Source of the DNA: an uncultured bacterium
GTDB taxonomy: Bacteria; Patescibacteriota; JACMRA01
Assembly (NCBI GenBank): GCA_963784355.1
Contig: CAWAQU010000003.1
Span: 64,001 to 128,000, forward strand
Direction of reading: 5' to 3'
DNA length: 64,000 bases
Part shown: positions 1 to 8,684 of the stretch, piece after piece
How positions within the stretch are numbered: position 1 is the stretch's first letter
How the letters are laid out: every line of letters begins with the position of its first letter
Translations under genes and position numbers: made by a program
The notes under the pieces: generated by a model
Databases searched by the model: none
The model's input: the letters and a program-made list of their open reading frames with translations, nothing else
Told to the model about the DNA's origin: nothing

Positions 1-466
1 TTACATAAGCTTTTAGCCAGGCTCTATGATTAATATCCACTATTTCTTCAATATCGCTTTCAAGTGTTGGTCTAATTTTTATCTCATCATTTCCACCAAA
101 ATCTGCCTTCTCTTCTTCACTCATTGATGTAGTGCCTTTAGTTCTTAGATCATTAAGTAATTCTACTTTAAGTGGTTGGTTGTGCTTTTCAAATAACGTT
201 ATTGCTTCTTCAATGCTGAATTCTTGGACTTTATAGCTCAAGTTTTTTTTGAGTAAATCTTTTATATGTTTTTCTATCAAGGGTAAATCCTCAGGTATCA
301 GTGTTCTAGGCAAAATAAAATCGTAGTAGCATCCTGTATCGATTACAGGACCTATTCCGAACTGAGCCTCGGGAAACATTTGCTTGACCGCTGCTGCCAT
401 TATGTGGGCAAAAGAGTGACGTTTGGTATCTAATAAAAGATTTTGAGAAGATTTTGGGATGGACAT
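1..466 (-). CDS. thrS: Threonine--tRNA ligase, 5' part (runs off the window start), with an apparent GNAT insertion
   Basis: Hand translation from ATG 466: MSIPKSSQNLLLDTKRHSFAHIMAAAVKQMFPEAQFGIGPVIDTGCYYDF, matching the ThrRS N2 motif RHSxAH...GP.I..G.YYDF. Not in the ORF track. Confidence 0.93.
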   Translation of the reverse strand, partial: MSIPKSSQNLLLDTKRHSFAHIMAAAVKQMFPEAQFGIGPVIDTGCYYDFILPRTLIPEDLPLIEKHIKDLLKKNLSYKVQEFSIEEAITLFEKHNQPLKVELLNDLRTKGTTSMSEEEKADFGGNDEIKIRPTLESDIEEIVDINHRAWLKAYV

Positions 467-515
467 AAGTAATGAATGGTGGTTACAAGGTTTGAGGATT
501 TTAATGGAAAATTAC

Positions 516-549
516 AAAATAAAAAATCTCCCTGGATTGGGAGTAGATT
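516..549 (-). terminator. Intrinsic terminator (attenuator) in the thrS leader
   Basis: Minus-strand CUCCC-AAUCCA-GGGAG followed by AUUUUUUAUUUU, about 50 nt before the thrS ATG. Confidence 0.85.
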
Positions 550-580
550 GAAGTTTAAAATAAAATTAGTCAAACTGCAG

Positions 581-631
581 CTACCCCTTTAACGGGTTTG
601 TAGTAGTTGTTGTAGTCTGAAGCGAATTCAT
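581..631 (-). CDS. Thr-rich leader peptide MNSLQTTTTTTNPLKG
   Basis: ATG 631 to TAG 581 with six consecutive ACT/ACA codons, between a promoter and a terminator upstream of thrS. Confidence 0.88.
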   Translation of the reverse strand: MNSLQTTTTTTNPLKG

Positions 632-641
632 ATTCTTTTTA

Positions 642-670
642 ATTATAGTTGTAATCTATATATTAGTCAA
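642..670 (-). promoter_or_regulatory. Sigma70 promoter of the thrS leader
   Basis: TTGACT-17 nt-TATAAT, 10 nt before the leader ATG. Confidence 0.8.
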
Positions 671-977
671 CTTTAGGCGGTTGAACTTTGTCAGCTTTTC
701 TATTTCTAACCTCATCAACTGCAGCCTGAGCTTTTTTTATTTCTTCTAAAGTCCGTGGTGTAAATAATGTAAAATACATAGCTTTGCTATCATCTCGATT
801 ATCTTTTCCGAGCATACCCAATGTATCAAATTCAGGTTTGGGCATAGTACTTAAAATTTCAGGCCAGAGTACAACAAAAATAGCAACTATTATTGCATCA
901 AATGTTTCAGGAACTAGCTCTCCCTGTTCTGAAATTTCTATTTGGTCGTAAAGTATAGGTTTTTGATATTGTTCCAT
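663..977 (-). CDS. Hypothetical protein
   Basis: 104-aa ORF, no family recognised. Confidence 0.6.
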   Translation of the reverse strand: MEQYQKPILYDQIEISEQGELVPETFDAIIVAIFVVLWPEILSTMPKPEFDTLGMLGKDNRDDSKAMYFTLFTPRTLEEIKKAQAAVDEVRNRKADKVQPPKVD

Positions 978-1041
978 ATTACTTTAACAATAGCATATAA
1001 TTCTAAATTTGACTAGAGTTAATTTTTATGCGTTAGATTAA

Positions 1042-1785
1042 ATGTTGCCCATTTTTAATACAATTTTATTATTTTTTATGTCTGAATACACTCCACCTAT
1101 AAATCACAACATTGTAAAAGTGTCAAAGCCCCATAAAAGTTTTGAAAAAAGGGACAAGTTTACAGCTAAAAAAGAATTTAACAGTGTCAATAAAAAATCT
1201 TCTGTACTCATGCCATCACAAAATAAAACGGAAATGGCTAATATGACTAGATTTTTGGAGCCTTTTGGTAGAGTTGAAGTTCGAGCTAATCCTAAAGTTG
1301 CTACAGTAATAGAGGCTGCGATAAATGCAACTCGTGCCGTTTCACAAGTCTTGGGTTGGGATTTAGATGAGCGAATAATGGAAACAATCCAATTAACTGC
1401 TGGCCATGTAAATTCGGATGCTGTTGATCTTTGCGATGCTGCTTTTATTGCAAAATTTGGTAAGTTTGGTAAGTTTGGTAGAAAACCTTGGGGTTATAGT
1501 ATAACAATGACCTTTGATGAAATTACAGAAGAACGAGTGGATCCCAATGGTCCTTATAGAAGTATTATATTTAAATGTTATGCCGATTTACGTAAACTTC
1601 GTAATGACTTTGGTATATCAAAGTTAATCAATCCTGCAGCTACAGCGGAATTTCCTAATGTCTCGTTAAAAGCCAACTCAAATAAACAAGAACCTAAAAA
1701 CACGAATAACTTTAATAATATCCCTTTAATAAACAACTCAAACAGAGTAAAACTTAATAGTCTCAAAGAGAAAAAAGTTAACTAG
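1042..1785 (+). CDS. Hypothetical protein (start may be 1078)
   Basis: 247-aa ORF with an Asn/Lys-rich tail and a short KFG x3 repeat. Confidence 0.65.
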   Translation: MLPIFNTILLFFMSEYTPPINHNIVKVSKPHKSFEKRDKFTAKKEFNSVNKKSSVLMPSQNKTEMANMTRFLEPFGRVEVRANPKVATVIEAAINATRAVSQVLGWDLDERIMETIQLTAGHVNSDAVDLCDAAFIAKFGKFGKFGRKPWGYSITMTFDEITEERVDPNGPYRSIIFKCYADLRKLRNDFGISKLINPAATAEFPNVSLKANSNKQEPKNTNNFNNIPLINNSNRVKLNSLKEKKVN

Positions 1786-1800
1786 AAAATTATATTCCTA

Positions 1801-2277
1801 CTACGCAATTTTTCTAGGTTTATCAGTTCTTCTTTGCTCAGAGTGAACAATATGAGGTCTGAAATGATTATCAGGACTTATTTTTTCATTTAATTGAGAT
1901 AATTTATCAGATACCGGGGATATTTCCGGATGCCTTATCTCTAAGCCCGGTTTTTTTCCGGGTTCTAAATATTTATTTATTTCCATAGTACCACCCTCTT
2001 TTGTTTCCATAATTGCTTTTTTGATCAAAAATATATTACCCTTTGTTTGTTTGATTTTCCCCTCAATGCCTAACAAGTGGTATATCTTATCATGTTTAGT
2101 TAAAAGTAATTTTTCCAGATTTCTATAGTATAGTAGCTGTTTAGCAAATTCTTTAAGCAATGACTGGAGGTATTGTTTTTTATTAACTAGTAGATTTGAA
2201 GTTGATTCCGAATTATTTTTCGTTTGGACTTCACTATCTACATTTGGGGTTCCAAGAAAAGAATGATCACTAAACAT
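1801..2277 (-). CDS. Hypothetical protein
   Basis: ORF 1801..2352; ATG 2277 (MFSDHS) taken as the likely start. Confidence 0.6.
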   Translation of the reverse strand: MFSDHSFLGTPNVDSEVQTKNNSESTSNLLVNKKQYLQSLLKEFAKQLLYYRNLEKLLLTKHDKIYHLLGIEGKIKQTKGNIFLIKKAIMETKEGGTMEINKYLEPGKKPGLEIRHPEISPVSDKLSQLNEKISPDNHFRPHIVHSEQRRTDKPRKIA

Positions 2278-2423
2278 AATATAAGTTGATAGATAAAATT
2301 TCAATAAAAAGCAACTATACATTTCTAAATTAAAAGGTCCAATTTGAAGCAAGCAGCCTTGACAAAAAATCCAAAAATTATAAGTCTATGGCTACTTAAA
2401 AATTAACAACAATTTATATAAAT

Positions 2424-2795
2424 ATGACTTTAAGTCGCAAACTACTAGCAACTATTTTCGGAACAGTATTTACTTTAATCGGATTATTAGGTTTCTTCAA
2501 CGATCCAGTACTTAGCCTTTTTGATGTAGATACTATCCACAATTTTGTTCACTTAATCACAGGTATTGCAGGCTTAGTTTACGGTATGCAAAATAACGAT
2601 ACTGCAAAAAGATACGGCCAGATATTTGGTGCAATTTATGGGCTAGTGACTCTTATGGGATTTGTAATGGGCGAAGGTAAATTACTTGGTTTGATGAGTA
2701 TTAACAATGCAGACAACTACTTGCATTTATTTTTATCTGCAGGTTTGATTTATCTTGGTTATTTTATGACTAGTGATGAAGTAAAAACTGTCTAA
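2424..2795 (+). CDS. DUF4383-like small membrane protein
   Basis: Four hydrophobic segments with HNFVHL and ADNYLHL motifs. Confidence 0.8.
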   Translation: MTLSRKLLATIFGTVFTLIGLLGFFNDPVLSLFDVDTIHNFVHLITGIAGLVYGMQNNDTAKRYGQIFGAIYGLVTLMGFVMGEGKLLGLMSINNADNYLHLFLSAGLIYLGYFMTSDEVKTV

Positions 2796-2816
2796 AATTT
2801 CATTTTATTTAAAATT

Positions 2817-2843
2817 TCCTCTCTTTATGGGAGGTTTTTTGTT
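2817..2843 (+). terminator. Intrinsic terminator
   Basis: CCTCTC-TTTAT-GGGAGG followed by TTTTTT. Confidence 0.7.
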
Positions 2844-2889
2844 GACAAAATAGGGTTTTTAAGTTAGTTTAATTGTGTTGAGAATTACT

Positions 2890-2966
2890 GCAACCGTAGC
2901 TCAGTTGGATAGAGCGAAGGCCTTCTAAGCCTTAGGTCACAGGTTCGATCCCTGTCGGTTGCACCA
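2890..2966 (+). tRNA. tRNA-Arg(UCU)
   Basis: Acceptor GCAACCG/CGGTTGC, anticodon arm AAGGC-CT TCT AA-GCCTT, GGTTCGATCC T-arm, encoded CCA. Confidence 0.97.
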
Positions 2967-2979
2967 CTATATAATAGCA

Positions 2980-3004
2980 TCCCCATAATGGGGAATAATT
3001 TTTT
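2980..3004 (+). terminator. Probable terminator after tRNA-Arg
   Basis: TCCCC-ATAAT-GGGGA hairpin followed by a T-tract. Confidence 0.55.
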
Positions 3005-3010
3005 CTAAAA

Positions 3011-3925
3011 ATGCAAAATGTACATGTACCAGTACTTTTAAACGAAGTATTTGAGTCAGTCTCTCAGCTTAAAAATAAAGGTGGTAAGATTTTCGATGGA
3101 ACTTTGGGTGGTGGTGGTTATACTCAGAAATTTTTAAATGGTGGCTTTGAAGTTTATGCAAGTGATTTGGACGAAAACGCTATAAATTTGGTACGCACAA
3201 AATTAAATAATCCTGAAAAGCTAACTGTAGTAAATTCTAATTTTGCTGACTATATTGAGACTTTTGATAAAGATTTTTTTGACGGAATTGTTTTGGACCT
3301 CGGTTTTTCCAGTAATCAACTGCAGCATTCAGGGCGAGGATTTAGTTATCAAAATCGCGAGGAAATTTTTGACTTGAGGTACAATATTACCACAGGTAAA
3401 TCATGTTTTGAAAAGTTGAGGGAAGTAAAATCTGCAGAAAATTTGTGGACAATTATATATACCTACAGTGGAGAAAAGTTTAGCAAATCAATTTCAATCA
3501 ATATTTTTAACTTCCTTAAAGAAAATTCTGGTTCAGTTTTAGTGGGAGAGATAGTTGATCAGGTAACCAAAGCTGTTCCCGCTAAATTTCAAAAACACCT
3601 AAATAGTACACTAAGTAGAGTGTGGCAAGCTTTAAGGATCTGGACCAATGATGAATTTGGTAGTTTAGAAAAATTTTTACCTCTGGCTGCCGAAAAATTG
3701 AAACCCGGCGGTAGGTTAGCTATTGTTAGCTTTCATAGTCTTGAAGATAAAATTGTAACTAAATTTATGCGAAATCTGGCAAAGCCCTTAGAAATCGACG
3801 TATTTGGCAACAAAACTCAAGCATTTAAGCTGATAACATCTAAAGCAATTGTGGCTAGTGAAAAAGAGGTTGAAGAAAATCCTAGAAGTAGGAGTGCATT
3901 GTTGAGAGTGTTGGAAAAGATCTAA
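3011..3925 (+). CDS. rsmH: 16S rRNA m4C1402 methyltransferase RsmH
   Basis: HVPVLLNE, DGTLGGGG, DLGFSSNQL, SFHSLEDKIV and NPRSRSALLR motifs. Confidence 0.96.
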   Translation: MQNVHVPVLLNEVFESVSQLKNKGGKIFDGTLGGGGYTQKFLNGGFEVYASDLDENAINLVRTKLNNPEKLTVVNSNFADYIETFDKDFFDGIVLDLGFSSNQLQHSGRGFSYQNREEIFDLRYNITTGKSCFEKLREVKSAENLWTIIYTYSGEKFSKSISINIFNFLKENSGSVLVGEIVDQVTKAVPAKFQKHLNSTLSRVWQALRIWTNDEFGSLEKFLPLAAEKLKPGGRLAIVSFHSLEDKIVTKFMRNLAKPLEIDVFGNKTQAFKLITSKAIVASEKEVEENPRSRSALLRVLEKI

Positions 3926-3942
3926 TTTTGCTTAATATATAT

Positions 3943-4323
3943 TTAAATATAAACCGGCCAGTACAGATTTCTATCTTTATTTATTTTTTTTATCAAATAA
4001 ATTCTACCTTTATCCTCTTCTAAAATCAAATTGAGTTCTAGATTTTTACTGGAATCTTCATAAATACAGTAAACTTTAGCTTTGGTAAGAGCTTTTTCAT
4101 AATTTATCACTTTAGCATATTTAAAGTCAGGATTTTCTGCAGTCTCGCAAAGCTCGGATATATTTTTAATTTCTTTTAAGTAAAGATTGGTAGCAGTTTC
4201 AGCCCTAATATAAGCGAAAATAAGCGAACTAAAAAGCAAAATTATTAGCAAACCGACTAAAAAGCCCCAATAATTGAGTGTTTTATTTTGAAAAACTTTA
4301 CCAAGTCCAGACATTTTCCGCAA
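3943..4323 (-). CDS. Hypothetical membrane-anchored protein
   Basis: 126-aa ORF with an N-terminal TM segment, overlapping the end of recJ. Confidence 0.65.
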   Translation of the reverse strand: MRKMSGLGKVFQNKTLNYWGFLVGLLIILLFSSLIFAYIRAETATNLYLKEIKNISELCETAENPDFKYAKVINYEKALTKAKVYCIYEDSSKNLELNLILEEDKGRIYLIKKINKDRNLYWPVYI

Positions 4324-6217
4324 TTAATTCTTTTTTAGTACTACCGTTCCAAGTATTTTGACTTACTTTAGCTTGGACCCAAAGTTTTGGCAAATTATTT
4401 TCCAAGAGAGTCTTTTTTAAGTCCCCAGAAATGTTAAATACTGTTATATTAAGTTGATTATTTGATTTTATTTTAATATGCTTATTTTCACTACCCAGCC
4501 ATTGGAAGTTAAGATTTTCAGGCTCTATATGAAACATAAAAACCGGCATAGGAAAATCCTGCCCAAAAGGATCGAGGCTGAATATTTCGCTTAATAAGAC
4601 TGCATCTATCTCCTTAAATTCAAGCCAAATTAAATTTTTCTGTGTTTTTAGTTTATTCAATCTTTCAGGTAGAAAGTCCAGTAATTTTTCTTTGCCCAAG
4701 AGCCAGGAAGGAAGTTGGTTGATCCTCAAATCCTGATCTGACACTTGCCCAGAGATAACTTTTGATAGAGATTCTCTAATTTCCGGTAGATTAGTCTTTT
4801 GAGCCGTAAAACCTGCTGCAGCCGGATGCCCACCCGCTTTATTAAATAGCTCTTTAATCTCCTCCATAGCTTTTGGAATATGAAAACCTTCAGGTGCTCT
4901 TAGTGAAGCACAAATCTCATTTTCAGCTTCTTCATAGCAAATTGTGGACACAACTACAACCGGTAGATTATAGATATTTACCAATCTGGAGGCTAACAAG
5001 CCAATTATGCCCTTGCTCCACTCTCCTTCCAACCACAAAACTTTATTACCAGCAACAAATTGGTCCTCTGCTTCTTTCTCTACTTCACTTAAAATGTTTT
5101 TAACCATCAATTTTCGTTCTTTATTTGTGTTTATTAATTTTGTGATTAATGTTCGATTTTCCTGCTCATCATCTGTGCTGATTAGACTTTGAATTGAAAG
5201 GTTGGCATGACTAAGACGGCCGGAAGAATTTAGAATTGGAGAAAGTATAAATCCTAAATCTTGGCTGGTAATTTGATATCCAAACTGCATTTTTTCCAGT
5301 AAACCGGTTTGATTTAAAATTTCAGTAACTCCTCTAAGATTGTGGTTATTTTCCTGGAGTATTTTTAACCCAGATCTGACCAGTAGTCGATTTGTAGGCT
5401 CCAATATACTTTGACAGTCAGCGACGGTACCAATAGCTACTAAAGGTATTAATTTATTGAGATTTTTAAGGGAATTACCTGGTGATAACTCTATTTCTTG
5501 CAAAAAATAACCTAGCCAAACTAAGCAAAACCAAGCTACCCCTACCCCAGTAACAGATTCCGAGAGAATGTTCGTCGGTTGAATCAGTTGATTTTTAATG
5601 GCTATTTCATGTTTATTTAGGTAATTCTGTATTTTATCATCGGTTAAGTTTGTGTGATTTACAAAACTGTATTTTTCAGGATTTTCTAAATAATAGTTGC
5701 CGAGTCTGGGATTTATTACAGCTGTGCAATCCGGCGCTTCTCCATGCAAATGATGGTGATCAGTGATAATCAAATCTGCTGTTTTTTGACTGTTTTCAGC
5801 TTTCAATTTTTTAATAATTTCTGCTTCTTTTACAGAATTGATTCCACAGTCTACCGAGATAATTAAATCATACTTTTTAGCTAATTTCTCTACAGCTTCA
5901 CCATTCATTCCATAGCCTTCGGTAAATCTGTCCGGAGCATAGAAATCTAGGTCCTCTTGGTTAAAACCTAGACTGATCAAACCCCAATACATAGTTGCTG
6001 TAGCAGTAACTGCATCAGTGTCATAATCGCTGTAAATACAGATTTTGTGGTTATATTTTTTAGCTTCAAGTAAGCGTAGACAGAATTTTTCTATGTTAAA
6101 TAAATATGGCAGAATTTGAACGTGCCCATTTAGATCCAATTGAGTGAAGAACTTAGGGTATTTAAAACCATCTCCACTATAAAAACGCTGAAAATAATCA
6201 ATCAATTGAGTCTTCAT
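4298..6217 (-). CDS. recJ: ssDNA exonuclease RecJ (DHH family)
   Basis: DYDTDA, PDRFTEGYG, VDCG, TDHH, GTVAD and GGHPAAAG motifs. Confidence 0.93.
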   Translation of the reverse strand: MKTQLIDYFQRFYSGDGFKYPKFFTQLDLNGHVQILPYLFNIEKFCLRLLEAKKYNHKICIYSDYDTDAVTATATMYWGLISLGFNQEDLDFYAPDRFTEGYGMNGEAVEKLAKKYDLIISVDCGINSVKEAEIIKKLKAENSQKTADLIITDHHHLHGEAPDCTAVINPRLGNYYLENPEKYSFVNHTNLTDDKIQNYLNKHEIAIKNQLIQPTNILSESVTGVGVAWFCLVWLGYFLQEIELSPGNSLKNLNKLIPLVAIGTVADCQSILEPTNRLLVRSGLKILQENNHNLRGVTEILNQTGLLEKMQFGYQITSQDLGFILSPILNSSGRLSHANLSIQSLISTDDEQENRTLITKLINTNKERKLMVKNILSEVEKEAEDQFVAGNKVLWLEGEWSKGIIGLLASRLVNIYNLPVVVVSTICYEEAENEICASLRAPEGFHIPKAMEEIKELFNKAGGHPAAAGFTAQKTNLPEIRESLSKVISGQVSDQDLRINQLPSWLLGKEKLLDFLPERLNKLKTQKNLIWLEFKEIDAVLLSEIFSLDPFGQDFPMPVFMFHIEPENLNFQWLGSENKHIKIKSNNQLNITVFNISGDLKKTLLENNLPKLWVQAKVSQNTWNGSTKKELIAENVWTW

Positions 6218-7583
6218 ATTCTGTTTTTTCTGCTAAATTAGCTAATAGCCCGATCATAATGAAAATGGGCATGATGAAAATAGGTGAAAAAGTTATCCAT
6301 TGAATATATGAGGCTATCAAAGCAAAAATTAGAGTGAGTCTTGCAAGGTTACTGCCTGAATTCCAGGATTTTAAATGATTTAGTAATTTAATATTTTTCA
6401 GTACAGGCCATAGTAGAATCATCATAAATACCAGGAAAGCCAAAAAACCGAATTCCAACCAAACTTCCAAATACACATTATTTACTATAAGATAACTATT
6501 TGGATCTGATAGAATGCCGCCCAGTGCTTCATTTTGCATCCAGGCTCCATACTGACCACTTCCTAGCCCCGTTATGATAAAATTTGGCAATAATACTAAT
6601 GCACCTTCTAAAAAGGCTAATCTTTCAAGAGAAGAGGCAAATTGAAAAGTGAATGTGGCAATAAAATTGTTGATAATTCCAAAAGCAATTAACCTAAAAT
6701 TTTCAAAAAATAAAATACCTAAGAAAAGCAAGCTGGATACTACTAGTAGAATGTTTTTAGCCCACTTTAAAAAAAGTGACACTTGTAATTTCCGTGCACC
6801 ATACGCAATCAAAACTATTACACTTAAAACTAAAGCTAGATAAGCTCCTTTGGATAAGGTAAGTAGAAATATTAAAATAAATAGGCCAAGTAATTCAAAG
6901 TTTATTATTTTACCTTTGAATTTGGTTTTAAGAACAGATTTAGCTACAAAAATATGCACCAGTACAAATATAATTGGCAGTAACATCATGCCGGCAAAAT
7001 ACAGAGGTTCTAAAGCTGTTGCTTGCACGCGTGGAATACCAAATACTATTTTTGTGTACTGTTGTCTAAGCCCTGTAAAAAGTGGAGGAATTCCTATTAA
7101 ATCACCAAAGAATTGATACAATCCGAAAAGTGAAACCCCAATAAATACGTAGACAAGTTTTCTGAGTTTAGAATAAATATTTTCACTGAAATTAGAAAGT
7201 AAAAATACAGCTCCAAAACATAAAAGTGTAGCAATTTGGGTTACCAGAAATCTTTTACTATCAATTACAAAAAACCATGAGGGGATGGATAAAATGATGA
7301 ATCCTAACAATAGATAGCTTATAGGATTTAGCCTTACCTGAAGTAATTTTTCATCTTTTTTTGCAAGTAACACTACTACTACCCAAATTCCTATGATAAT
7401 TAGTATTTGTCCGATTCTAAGATTAGCCCCTGCGATTTGCAAACTTGGTATTCTTTCGAAAGGTAGTGATAGAACTAACCCTGTAGTTATTTTATCCAGC
7501 CATTCAAATTTAGCGAAGTGCCAAAGCAGCCAAGAAATTATAGCTAAAATGGTTAAGCCAATTATTGCAAAAAGTAGAAGCAT
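6198..7583 (-). CDS. O-antigen ligase/polymerase (Wzy_C-like) membrane protein
   Basis: Multi-TM; RVQATALEPLYFA, TLSKGA, GLGSGQY and NNVYLEVWLEFG motifs. Confidence 0.85.
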   Translation of the reverse strand: MLLLFAIIGLTILAIISWLLWHFAKFEWLDKITTGLVLSLPFERIPSLQIAGANLRIGQILIIIGIWVVVVLLAKKDEKLLQVRLNPISYLLLGFIILSIPSWFFVIDSKRFLVTQIATLLCFGAVFLLSNFSENIYSKLRKLVYVFIGVSLFGLYQFFGDLIGIPPLFTGLRQQYTKIVFGIPRVQATALEPLYFAGMMLLPIIFVLVHIFVAKSVLKTKFKGKIINFELLGLFILIFLLTLSKGAYLALVLSVIVLIAYGARKLQVSLFLKWAKNILLVVSSLLFLGILFFENFRLIAFGIINNFIATFTFQFASSLERLAFLEGALVLLPNFIITGLGSGQYGAWMQNEALGGILSDPNSYLIVNNVYLEVWLEFGFLAFLVFMMILLWPVLKNIKLLNHLKSWNSGSNLARLTLIFALIASYIQWITFSPIFIMPIFIMIGLLANLAEKTEYEDSID

Positions 7584-7660
7584 TCAGTAGGAAAATTACC
7601 AACTAGAGAGTTTTAGTCAAATTGACAGAAAACGCAAATACCCAAATATTGAATTAACTT

Positions 7661-8641
7661 ATGTCAAATGTTAAAACCGTACTAATCGTAGGCGGAGCAG
7701 GATATATTGGGTCTCATACAAACTTTGCTTTTTTAGATGCGGGTTATAATACAATTATTTTTGATAACTTGGTCTATGGGCACAAAGAAGTAGTACCTGA
7801 AACAAGTAAGTTTATTCAAGGTGATTTACTTAACAAGCAAGATTTAGAGAGAGTTTTTACTGAAAACAAAATTGATGCAGTAATTCACTTTGCAGCCTAT
7901 GCTTATGTAGGAGAGAGCGTCACAAATCCCCAAAAATACTATTTTAACAACGTAGTCGGCACTCTAAATTTACTTGAAGCCATGCTAAATCACAACGTAA
8001 AAAATATTGTATTTTCATCAACTTGTGCAACTTATGGTCTACCAGAAAACATTCCTATTACTGAAAGCACGTCCCAAAATCCTATCAATCCATATGGTCA
8101 AACTAAACTGATGGTAGAAAAAATACTTAGTGATTACGCGAGTGCATATGATTTAAGATTTGTAGCACTTAGATATTTTAATGCTTGTGGGGCAGACGTG
8201 AAAAGTAGAAGTGGAGAAGACCATGAACCCGAAACCCACTTGATTCCATTGGTTTTAAAAGCAGCAAAGTCTGGAACTTCAATTAAAGTTTTTGGCAATG
8301 ACTACAGTACCCCAGATGGTACATGTATTCGAGATTATATTCATGTAAATGATTTAGCAGATGGTCATTTATTGGCTTTGGAGAAAATTCTAGACGAGAA
8401 GATTAAAGCAGAATTTATCAACTTAGGTACCGGGAATGGTTATTCAGTAAAGGAAATCATTGAAACAGCTCGAGAGGTAACAGGTAAAGAAATTAAAGTT
8501 GAGGAGATTGAGAGAAGGGCCGGAGATCCTGATAAATTGATTGCAGATAACACAAAAGCTAAGACAGTTTTAGGCTGGGAACCTGAGTATTCAGATTTGA
8601 AGACTGTGCTTGAGACTAGTTGGAAGTGGTTAGGGAAGTAA
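7661..8641 (+). CDS. galE: UDP-glucose 4-epimerase
   Basis: GGAGYIGSH, FSSTCATYG, YGQTK and DGTCIRDYIHV motifs. Confidence 0.96.
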   Translation: MSNVKTVLIVGGAGYIGSHTNFAFLDAGYNTIIFDNLVYGHKEVVPETSKFIQGDLLNKQDLERVFTENKIDAVIHFAAYAYVGESVTNPQKYYFNNVVGTLNLLEAMLNHNVKNIVFSSTCATYGLPENIPITESTSQNPINPYGQTKLMVEKILSDYASAYDLRFVALRYFNACGADVKSRSGEDHEPETHLIPLVLKAAKSGTSIKVFGNDYSTPDGTCIRDYIHVNDLADGHLLALEKILDEKIKAEFINLGTGNGYSVKEIIETAREVTGKEIKVEEIERRAGDPDKLIADNTKAKTVLGWEPEYSDLKTVLETSWKWLGK

Positions 8642-8684
8642 ATTACAAAATTAAAAACATAACAATTTTCTGACTCAATTTATT

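Noticed and set aside
1453-1479. 9-bp tandem repeat (KFG x3)
   Set aside because: Short in-frame microduplication in a hypothetical gene; no evidence of phase variation.
2890-2966. tRNA genes (here and at 40218-40293) as integration sites of an island
   Set aside because: No integrase and no duplicated tRNA 3' end noticed in the window.
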